NCBI GenBank assembly: GCA_013239625.1
Contig: MU057357.1
Coordinates: 34,699,723-34,763,722 of the forward strand
DNA: 64,000 nucleotides
Source of the DNA: Lama guanicoe
Lineage: Eukaryota
Direction of reading: 5' to 3'
The translations under genes and the position numbers were made by a program. The first letter of the stretch is position 1, and each line of letters begins with the position of its first letter. Shown piece after piece: positions 11,930 to 21,409 of the stretch. The notes beneath the pieces were generated by a model. That model had not been told where the DNA came from. It did not search any database and saw only the letters and a program-made list of their open reading frames with translations.

Positions 11930-13614
11930 CTCAAAAAAATATTATGTACGTTCAATGCAGCCACGTTCAATGCAGCATTATTTACAATAGCCAACACATG
12001 GAAACAACCTAAGTGTCCATTGATGGATGAATGGATGAAGAAACTGTGGTGTGTACATAGGCAATGGAATATTATTCAGCTATAAAAAAGAATATAATCT
12101 TGCCATTTGCAACAACATAAATGAACCTCAATGACACTATGCTAAGTGAAATAAGTCAGACAGGGAAAGACAAATATTGTATGGTCTCTTATATGTGGAA
12201 TTGAAGAAAACAAGCTTATAGATACAGAGAACAGATGTATGGTTATGGTCGCTAGAAGTTGGGGGTGGGGAGAGAGAAGTGGGTGAAGGGAGTCCAAAGA
12301 TAAAGAGAGAAAAATAAATTCAGTACATTACTGAACTACACCAAAAAACAGCTTACTATTATCTAGTAATGTGTGACTATCTCCTACGGTGTTAGGAAAC
12401 TTAGGCAACTTTAATAAATTAACACAAAACTTCCTAAATGGGTAACAGAACTTGTAGAAGAAATCTGAAAGGTAAAAATTCCCTGGGAGTATCTGTTCAG
12501 CTGATTATAATAGATGAGAAATAAAAAAAAGACTGCTCCCCACCTCCCAGTATGACCTCCACTGCCCCCCCCACACACACACCCTCACACATTTTAGATG
12601 CCAATCTCAAGTCCAGATTACCACTGGCTATTGAAGTTTCCAACGATTTTCTCCCTTTGTTTGATTAATTTGCTAGAGTGGGTCACAGAACTCAGAGAAG
12701 TTTACTTACTAGATCACCACTTTTTTTTATAAAAGGGTGTAACTCAGGAACAGCCAGATGGAAGAGACGCACAGTGCGAGGCATGGGGAATGTGCGGGGA
12801 GCTTCCACACCCTCTCTAAGAGCACCATTCGTCCTAACCTCCAGGTGTTCACCAACCCTAACCTTTTGGGTTTTTAATAGAGGCCTCATCACACAGGCAT
12901 GACTGATTGAATCACTGGCCACTGGTAATTGGTTCAACCTCCAGCCCCTCTTCTCTCACTGGAGGTCAGGGGGATGAGAATGAAAGTTCCAACCCTCTAA
13001 TCATAAGGTTGGCTCCACCTGAAAACCAGCTTCATCCTCAGGTCCTAAAGTCATCTCATTAACATAACAAAAGACATATTTATCACTCTAGTAATTTAGA
13101 AAACTCCAAGTGTTTTAGGAGCTCTATGCCAGAAATGGGGATGAGGACCAAATACACATTCTTATTATAAATCACAGTATCACAATTACATAGACCCACT
13201 TCCAGGAATTTTGTTAGTTTGGGAGGAGGCCACCAGCACTGGTACTCTTAAAGCTCTGCAGGAGAATCTAGGTTGCAGCCAGAGTCGAGAAGAACTGCTC
13301 TAGCTGCTTCTTAAACTGTAGGATTCCGGTGGGATTTCTCCTGGGCCCTATGACCTATTCAGCCTCAAGAGTTCCCAGGTTAAACTCATTAACCTCCACG
13401 GCTTTGATTACCATCTCTACACCAATTACCTTCAATTCTGAAGTGCCCACCAGACCTGTACACCCATCTGATCACTAGACATTTACTTATGTATCTCACA
13501 GGACATAGCACCAGCATCCATCCAAGAGCCCAGGTCAGAACCTCGGGTAACATCTTTGAAACCTTCTAATCTTTTCTCTCTTTCTCATTTAATAATTACA
13601 AAGTCCAGGTCACA

Positions 13615-14320
13615 GAGACCTGCTTTGCAGAGAAACAGCAGATTTCACCACTGACGAAGCCAAAGGTCAGTGCAGCCACTGTGGACCCTGTGCAGATTTT
13701 GCCAGCTTTCGCCCCATAGGTACTTGTGTTCATTGATGCCTGGGACTCCTTTCCTCCCTCAGGAGCCCAGGAACCACACGAGCAGCCATCCCAGGTCTCT
13801 GTGGCTTCCCTAGTGTGAAGTCAGCCACTTTAGTCCCATCCTGTACCCGCCAGAGCCTAGTGCTCAGGCCTCTGTGGCTATGCAAGGGCAAGACACCAGC
13901 CTAGACCCTGGTGGCTGACCCCACCACCGTGCCCAGGCTCAGGGTTCGCCCCTCCAGCTGTGCATCTGTGTGCCACTGGCCTGATGGCTGTCATTAGTTT
14001 TCACCACAGTGCACACACCCGGGGGCAGTGTGCAGCCCTGGGGGAGAACACAGTCAGGGCCCTGCGGGTTCTTATGCACCTGGATCAGACCCCGCCTGCT
14101 GTCACTGCTCAGCGCCACCACACCCACCTGTAGCTCACAGCTCCCAACTGTGCCTCTGCTTCCCCCAGCCCAACATCTGCCACCAGCCTCCCCAGCGTTG
14201 TGCACACCCCCAGGAAGAGGGTCAACCACACAAGAGTGTGCTGACGGCTAGGGCTTCTGCAGCTGCTGGAGAGCCTACAAAGATGTAACAAAGATAATCC
14301 CCACCTACCGCTCCAACCTG
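13615..14320. mobile_element. C-rich degenerate insert interrupting the L2, probably an old L1 5'-UTR fragment
   Basis: Abrupt GC-rich but CpG-poor block with reiterated CAGCC/CCAC motifs between two L2 pieces. Family assignment uncertain. Confidence 0.4.
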
Positions 14321-15424
14321 CCAGCCATTGACACGCCACAGTTCAACTGAATGCATTTTTCTTTCCATCCAAAGATGCCACCCTTTCATAGACCTCAGGG
14401 TCTTCGTGCACACTGCTCGCTCTGGCTCCTCTTTCCCATAACCTCCTCTCTAAGACATGATTTTTTTCAGCTTTCCACTAGAACATCAATTCCTTAGGAA
14501 GACATCACCTTAGTCTAACTAGATCTTCTCACCACAGTTTCCTATAATAACCTGACCTATAGACTGTAATCCCCTAGGGGCAAGGGCCATGGTGCTTTTC
14601 TACATCCAGGTTCTGGAACTTTGACATCCCTTGATAAATGACCGAATGAATAAATGACCCAAATGTACCATGGATTACCGTACCTGGTCCAAGAACTGCT
14701 GCCAAAGGGAGATCTTTTACAGTCATTAGAAATATCACTCAGTGGTAAGTACACTTTAGGCAAAAAAGAAAATGCATTTTAGAAAACCTCATTTCCCAAA
14801 TTAGGTGGAAACTATTCTTTTAGAGATGGAGTTTGGGTAATTGCTAGAAATCAGGAGACTCAATTCTTTTAATATGTTAGTGTATTAATCTGTCTTAATT
14901 TTGTGCATAATTAGCATAACAACCTATGCTCATGGATGATTTTTCAAAATGACCAGTCTGTATCCACATCAGCTTCATGAGCTAAAATTGAGTATCACAA
15001 GTGAAAAAGAAAAGGAAAATTATCAAGAACATATCTGAGTTTCAACAATGAGAGGTTTGCCTTTTAATGTTAAGCTAATAATTCCTACAAACGAGGCAGA
15101 AGTGAGAGTGAGGTAATCAATAGTTTAATGATACAATGCTAATTATCTCAACCTCTTCCAAATAGGTTATGAACCAGGAGGCTGGCTGAGGTAATATAAT
15201 TTCCAGAAAGAAATCTGAAGGGGAATAATGATGACTAACTTGTGATAAACCATCGTTCCTTCCAGTAAGAAAAAGAGGTACAAGCAGGGAGCTTCAGGTT
15301 CTAGTAACTCCACAGCACTGCTCTAGGAAAGAAAAGTGAAAATCCTATTCATTTCGTGCATAGACACTAGGAAAGCCCCTGCTACAGAAGTTATTTTACC
15401 CAGGGAAGTTATCTTTCTCTAGAG

Positions 15425-15780
15425 CAGTCACGTCCAATAGAAACAGAATACAAGCTATGTATGAAATATTTTATAGTAGTCACATTAAAAAGTAAAAATA
15501 AGTAAAATTAATCTAATAATATATTAGTAATATATTTTCTTTAACCTAATACACCCAAAATATTCTCATTACAATATGAAATCAATATGAATTTTAAAAT
15601 ACTGATTTGAACATGCGATCAGTATCTCCAAAGAGATTTTATATATATATATTTTTTTTAGTACTAAGTCTTTGAAATCCAGGATGTAATTTGCATTACA
15701 GTACCTCTCACTACAAACTAGCCACATTTCAAGTGCTCAATGAGCACACGTGGCTGCTGGCTACCATACTGGGCTGTGTA
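15425..15780 (-). mobile_element. MER33-like hAT-Charlie DNA transposon
   Basis: GTCCAATAGAAA...TACTAAGTCTTTGAAATCC...CTAGCCACATTTCAAGTGCTCAAT...GGCTACCATACTGG. Confidence 0.8.
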
Positions 15781-18374
15781 ACTGAGTAACTTTAGCTTCT
15801 ATTACCCAAATAAGTATAAGTGTGCATGTCTGCACGTGCATGTACACATGTGTAATGCTATTAGTGGCAACTCCAAAGGAATGAAAGATTTGGTAAGTCT
15901 TTTGAATAACCAAATAAAGACAATATTTTTAGTGTAAGTTCATAGTCATTTATTATGTATTTTATTATGTTCTAATTCTTTGACTATTGGTAATCTATGG
16001 ATGGACCATGATTAAATGTATTCATGAAGTCATTATTTGTGATGCCTTAATTTAGCAACCATCTGTGATCAAAGTTTCCTTTAAAAAAAAAAAAAAAACC
16101 TCAGCAAGGATGCAAAGTGCCTGAGTGGAACAGCAACTAAACATCATTATGGCCTCCCCAGACATGGAGCCTTCATGAACAAGTTTGGATTCGGACCCTC
16201 CTCATAGGGAGGACCACCTTCCTTCAGTTCAGAGGGAAGCACCAGGGAAGTGAGGGGAGGGACACTTCTTAGGCAGGCAGAGGAGTGGAAGAAGCCTGTT
16301 CGCATGCAGGAAGAAAAGCACCTCTCCCACAGTCAATTCACTTCACTAAAAGGGGTACCTTACTCTCAACACTTTATACTCTGCTGAACATTCTAGATAA
16401 ATGGGCATTTGCTGTTCACTTTCGGTTATCACTACAGTGACTATTCCACAGTATGGGGAACATTATCCATGGTGGGGGAGGGGGAATAGAGGGGCTGAAG
16501 GGAGGGAGGAGGGGCATTCATCTCCTCTTTTGCGGGTAGGAGTCTATCTGAATCAAACTTTGATCTGAAATTCTAACTGAGATCTAAAGACTAGCCATGT
16601 GGAGAGCACTTTGAATTGTGTAGGAGATGGGCACCGTTTTAAGATCTTTCAACTTCATCTCCTCGCTAGCAAGTGAAGCCCTGAATGGAAGAAAACATGG
16701 CAATCATAGATCAATCTTTAGTTATTATAAGACTTTTTGGTTGGGCCAATAAAAAACATTTTCACTGTGTTTCCACTGTTACCTTTTCACTTGTACCTTT
16801 AATTTTCTGTTTCATCTATTAATTGTCCATATATATAACTTCAACCTGCCTATAACAGATAACATGCAGACATAGACTTAAGTAGAAAATATATATTAAA
16901 AAGTAAACTAATATTTTTGAATGTCAGTTATATGCCAGGTACTGAGTAAGCACTTTCCATACATTATAGTCACCCACATTTGAGACAGGACAACTGAAGC
17001 TATGTTATACAGACGATTATGTGTGTGTATATATACATATTTTTCCCTGAAAATTCTTCATGAAGAATATTACATAGTCCACCAAGCTGAGAATCCTTCA
17101 CTGTCTTTAGTTACTGATTTACTGCTTTCAGTATTTCCTTTCTAGACATTATCCTCAATCCCCTATTTTAAAGCTTCAAGTTACTGCTGAGTTTGTTCTA
17201 GAAACACACAATTTCTTTACATGAGAAAGAGATGGTATACTGCTTAAAATGCTATATAAGAAGTAACTCCAGTCAACTCTTTTGCAAATGCTCAAAGCCA
17301 TTACTACAGCCATTAGTGCTGCAATCAGTTGACTGACTAGAAATCTTGTCTTTCTTTTTGCCTTTCATCTCATTCGGTAAATGTCTTTTTTTATTGATCA
17401 AGAATTTGAAAGTTAAAAACAGCTCTTTGGCTTGTCATTTCTAATTAATTCTTTTAGCCACCAATGGTTGATGGCAATTACACTTTCACTTTGCTTTTAT
17501 TTATTTATCTATCCAACATAATTTCACTTAATTCATGTTTGCTGCCCATCTACCACGTGGATGTTTCTCTGAGGATATTTCTGTAATCAATCCCTATGCT
17601 CCACATGCCCAAAGAATTCAGGACTTCCATCCATTTTGACAGGCATTATTATCTTCAGTTTTATATACTATTATGACAGGATCTTTCCAGTTAAATACAG
17701 ACATCTAGAAATAGACTCAGTGCCCTTCTAGACAGGAAGTAAGTGCTAAATACCAGTCGTTATTATGTCACAAATCAGGAAACTATGACAGGACAACAAA
17801 AATAAAAAATTTCCCTCCTGAGACCTTGTCAAGATCCTCTGGCAGATCAAGGTTGTCTGTTCCACTCCCTAATTCTTCATCCCACATCTCTCTCATGCAA
17901 TGAAAAATATGCTGTGCAGAATTATTCCAAATGGATAGGTCTGTGAATGTGTTATGCTTTCCAAGTCTGTCTTTTTGGATGGAAGATGTTTAATGAGAGG
18001 CTGGGGCTTATTCTACACACTGCAGACAACTCCTAGGCTCTTACGGGGAGGCTCTCTGAGTTAAAAATAAAATTCTGTTATGTGTATATACTAATTTGAA
18101 TTCATTCTCAGTGAAGGGAAGCAGCTTCCCAGTTTGAGAAAAAGCAAAGACTATACAAAAAAACCCCCAAAAAACAAATTAGAGGATGTTAAAGATGCAG
18201 TAACTAGCTTATCCCAAAAGTCTATTGATAGGAAAGATAAATGGGAAAAATTCACAAATAACTCACCAGCTCAGCAGACAACATATTGGACTCTTCATTG
18301 AGGCTATTTTATTTGCCTTGAAGATGCATACACGGAAGGAAAGGGCTTGGACTTTGGACCCCCATCTTCCACTC

Positions 18375-18470
18375 ACTAGCTGAGTAACTTCAGAAAAAGT
18401 CCTTGCAACTCTCTGAGTCACAGAGTTCTCACATACGAAGCAAGAACAGTGCCCACCATGACCCAGTGCT
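18375..18470 (+). mobile_element. MIR SINE remnant
   Basis: CTCACTAGCTGAGTAACTT...CTCTCTGAGTCACAG. Confidence 0.5.
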
Positions 18471-19324
18471 GCTTTGCGGGAAATAAACAACATATATAGC
18501 AGTTTCTAACAGTGTCTGGAACAAGATAGGGTCTGAATTAATATTAGTTCCCCTTTCTTCCCCCATGTGTCTGTGCAAAGCAAATTTGCTTTTGGCTTTG
18601 AAACATGAACTTTCTCCCCTCCCACACAAGAACACATTTTTTTCAAGTTGTCACAAAATTAAGATGAGACATTAAGAAATGACTTCAAATAAAGGTATCC
18701 ACTTAACATCACAGTTTTTGGAGAGAAAATTAAATACTTCTACATTAAGCCCCATTTTAATTATATTAACAATGAAGATGCCAATTTTTCCTTGTGCTCT
18801 TCTTTCACATTTCATATTCTAAGTAAAACGATATCCTTTTCTTTTTTAGAAAGCCCTTAGGCTATATGACAGGGTATGGGATCAATTCCAACTGCTATTC
18901 CTGATTTGCCCCTTAGCCTGTTCCTTAACAAGGCTGACAGGTCAAAGATGGAAATAAAATTCTCCAGTCTTGCCTTAGCTGGATCCTGTCCTGAATGTGC
19001 TGAGAGACTTTAAAATGTGTTTTACACTTGGAGGGGAGGTGGGTGGGAGGAGAGGTGAAGAGAAGGTTTTCTAAGAAACTTTGCTCCATATAGTTTTGAC
19101 AGAGCACTGCAATCATGGTCGACCATAAGCAAAAGGGAGAAAAATACTGACAGAAAGGAGGAGACCGCTTTTATGTTAAGGGACGATGATGTGGAGTTAC
19201 GAGTGAAAACCATTTGCTTTAAACTAGAAGTAAAAGGCAACATGAATTTTTCCAGGACGTGTGCTACTGTAGGATCCACAAACGTGTGTGGAGTCACTAG
19301 CTCCTGGTCCCAGACCCAACTCAC

Positions 19325-19446
19325 CCAGCTGGAGCTGTTCGCACGTCCGCTCTGGATTCCCTCCGATCTTGCATCTGTAAATCGCGCCAGGATTGACCAC
19401 CGAAGCGTTGGCGAGCCAGTTGGCCGTGGGCGCCCCGACTACAAGC
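19325..19446 (-). CDS. ITGA4: Integrin alpha-4 coding exon 2 (FG-GAP repeat 1)
   Basis: Acceptor tttctcgcttcag|G, donor CTGG|gtgag, 122 nt. Encodes (W)LVVGAPTANWLANASVVNPGAIYRCKIGGNPERTCEQLQL(G), in phase with exon 1. Confidence 0.97.
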
Positions 19447-19801
19447 CTGAAGCGAGAAATGTGCACGTGCGCGCAGACGTGAGCTGTGCTACCCACTGAA
19501 CTCCGGGTCCCCGCAGACGTGCAGCTGCCAGCGCAGCTGCTCCCCACCCCGCCTCCTCCGCCCACCACCCCGCGCACCCAACCCGCCACCCCGAACTCCA
19601 CGGCCCTGTGCCAGAACGCACCCCAGTGCTGCCACCCTCAAGATAAGTTTCCCGAGCACACCCTTAGCGAGCTGGCTGTCGCAGCGTTCCCCTCCTGCCT
19701 CCTCCAGAGGAAGGAAAGTTTGAACCATGCAGGGAATCCCTGAGGCACCTTTTGCTCGCCCGTCTGAAATGCCGAGGGCGCCCGAGCCAGACCCCACTCA
19801 C

Positions 19802-19998
19802 CATCGGTTTGCCCCGTGGCTGTGCAGCACCACCGAGTAGCCAAATAGAGTGTTGGGGGGACCCTTGTAGAGTAGCGCGTTCTCTGTGTCCACGTTGTAG
19901 GGGCGCCCGGTCCGGACTACCAAGCACAACAGCAGCATCACCGCCTCCCGGATGGCAGCTCCTCGGGGACCCGGCCCGCGCCTCGACTGCTCAGCCAT
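19802..19998 (-). CDS. ITGA4: Integrin alpha-4 coding exon 1 (signal peptide and start of beta-propeller)
   Basis: ATG at 19998. Translates MAEQSRRGPGPRGAAIREAVMLLLCLVVRTGRP-YNVDTENALLYKGPPNTLFGYSVVLHSHGANR(W), matching the integrin alpha-4 N-terminus. 197 nt, donor TG|gtgagt. Confidence 0.97.
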
Positions 19999-20018
19999 GC
20001 GCTCTCGGAGGGGAACAT
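19938..20018 (-). promoter_or_regulatory. Out-of-frame upstream ORF (26 aa) overlapping the ITGA4 start codon
   Basis: ATG 20 nt upstream of the main ATG; reads MFPSESAWLSSRGAGRVPEELPSGRR*. TGA at 19940-19938. Presence is seen in the sequence; function is inferred. Confidence 0.75.
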
Positions 20019-20800
20019 TCAAGACCAAACGGCCACCGTCCGTCCCAGAGTTGCGCGGGATGCGACGGTCGGTCAAAGGGAAGAGCGCCCCAAGAGAAGA
20101 GGCTTAGCTTGTCCGGCGCCGGCTGGCGGGCAGGCGGGAGGGAAGGAGGGAGGGAGCAACAGAGGAAGGGAGGGGAAGTGGGGCCGCGGCGGGCGGAGCG
20201 ATCAGAAGTAGTAGGGGATGCTGCGCGCCCGCCCGGACGCACGCCCAGTTTCTGCAGCCGCGAGGTGCGGTGCTCCCGCGGTCCTGGGCTGAGGGCCGCT
20301 GGGTGGGGTCCCGGGCGTGGTACGGAGGCGCAGGGCCCGGCTCCGTCTCCCCGGGCGCGTGGCTGTAGGGGGCGCTAGGGGACCTTGGCTGCGCAGGGCG
20401 AGCGTCCGGGCTGGGGTCTCCTAGCCCCGGAGGAGCTTGGGACGTCTCTGGGCTGCCGGGACTTTACAAGAGTGGAGCAGGAAGGAGTCCGGGTTTCGCC
20501 TTTCAAGCTTGGATGGGTCCTAGAAGCGTGGCGGCGTGTCCTCAACCCAATCCGCGCGCGCCCCACTATGAGCGCAGAGGCTCCCGGCCTGCCCGGCATG
20601 ACCTAAAGGCTGGCCAAACCCGGACACCGGGAGGGACCGCGGGGGGAACCGTCCTGATCCTTCGTTGATTAAAAGCGCTGTATCTGATTCTGGGGGCATA
20701 AGCAACCACTAGAGAAGTTAACCAGGGAGTCACAAATTAAACAAACAGAAAGCACTCCCTGAAGGCGCCTGAGAAACGTTTTGGTGACAAAGATGTTAGG
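19999..20800 (-). other. ITGA4: Probable long ITGA4 5' UTR (distal TSS near 20800)
   Basis: Minus strand CTAACATCTTTGTCACCAAAACGTTTCTCAGGCGCCTTC resembles my recollection of the 5' end of the long human ITGA4 mRNA, and an Ets cluster sits just upstream. The TSS is not directly observable. Confidence 0.6.
20360..20378 (+). promoter_or_regulatory. CTCF-like motif in the 5' UTR
   Basis: TGGCTGTAGGGGGCGCTAG closely matches the CTCF core (CCASYAGRKGGCRSY). Confidence 0.6.
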
Positions 20801-20841
20801 ACACTGACTTTAAGACTCAGAGCCCTGTACCCTTCTATGCC

Positions 20842-20868
20842 CACTTCCTTCCTCCGCACACTTCCTCT
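20842..20868 (-). promoter_or_regulatory. Triple Ets/PU.1 site cluster of the proximal promoter
   Basis: Minus strand GAGAGGAAGTGTGCGGAGGAAGGAAGTG has three GGAA cores about 45-70 nt upstream of the inferred TSS. No canonical TATA box. Confidence 0.75.
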
Positions 20869-21158
20869 CAAGTCCAGGCTGCTTGCTTGAGGAGCAGTGG
20901 CTCGGTCTGAACAGCAGGCGGGAGCGGGCGGTTCAGGCGGCTGCTGAGCCCCCAGAGCGAAGCCGGGCTGAGGAAGCTCTGTGACTTGCCTCACTTCAAC
21001 GGATTCCTCCTTCCGGGTCTCGAGGCGCCCCCGCTCTCCACGCATCCACTCAGTTGCTACCGGATACACCTGCCATCATGGCTGTAGACCCAGTTGAGGT
21101 CAAGAGACAGACACCATAATGAACCTCTGAAAATGCTCCGGGAACCCAAAGCCCAGCA

Positions 21159-21200
21159 CACCTGAACTGGGTTTAAGTCTCATCCTAATTAATCCAGGTG
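21159..21200. promoter_or_regulatory. Paired CACCTG/CAGGTG E-boxes (ZEB-type bipartite site)
   Basis: CACCTG at 21159-21164 and CAGGTG at 21195-21200, with a third CACCTG at 21067-21072. About -360 and -400 from the inferred TSS, as I recall for ZEB sites in the human promoter. Confidence 0.6.
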
Positions 21201-21409
21201 TGCCTCAGGTTTCTTTCTAGAACAACCCAGAGACAGCCGTGGGTGATTAGGCGGGTATCTGCAGGAGGTGCAGGTCCAGCTATTAATTATTACTGTATGA
21301 AAAAACAAAAGAAAGAAAAAGTATTCATCAAATAGTGTGTACATGTGTGCATTAAAACCATACCCAAAGGATACATCTAAAGTTGTAAAAGCAGACACAA
21401 TTAAAATAC

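Larger units (their letters stand above)
11362..12320 (+). mobile_element. 5'-truncated L1 (ORF2 3' end plus 3' UTR), containing two N gaps
   Basis: AAAAGCTTCTGCACAG-AAAGGAAACCATCAACAAA, GGAAACAACCTAAGTGTCCA, ATGGAATATTATTCAGC, GCTAAGTGAAATAAGTCAG. Confidence 0.9.
11190..13184 (-). mobile_element. MER21-like solo LTR, split by an L1 insertion (LTR parts ~11190-11361 and ~12530-13184)
   Basis: Ends ATCACAGTATCACA (TGTGATACTGTGAT on minus). Shares blocks such as TTCCAACCCTCTAATCA and TTAAGGG(T/C)TCAGTCC with the second copy at 29575-30409. Confidence 0.75.
10850..14660 (+). mobile_element. Fragmented L2 LINE (pieces ~10850-11120, 13300-13610, 14340-14660) hosting nested insertions
   Basis: L2-type pyrimidine-rich segments in collinear order, ending ...GAATGAATAAATGA. 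Confidence 0.55.
19250..21060. promoter_or_regulatory. CpG island over the ITGA4 promoter, 5' UTR, exon 1, intron 1 and exon 2
   Basis: Sharp rise in GC and CpG density against AT-rich, CpG-depleted flanks. Confidence 0.92.

Noticed and set aside
11948-11976. Tandem duplication ACGTTCAATGCAGC x2 inside L1
   Set aside because: Directly beside an assembly gap, so probably a contig-end artefact or trivial slippage.
13939-14413. Cluster of overlapping ORFs on both strands
   Set aside because: Falls in a GC-rich repeat-derived insert, with no homology or splice structure.
19224-19601. 125-aa ORF spanning exon 2
   Set aside because: Only 19446-19325 is integrin-like and bounded by splice sites; the rest is intronic read-through.
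19999-20076. In-frame N-terminal extension of ITGA4 shown in the ORF track (MTDRR...)
   Set aside because: Begins at TTG, not ATG. Homology to alpha-4 starts at MAEQ (19998).
19752-20378. 208-aa plus-strand ORF antisense to exon 1
   Set aside because: Starts at TTG and is Arg/Gly/Pro/Ala-rich, as expected for stop-poor CpG-island DNA. No recognisable domain.
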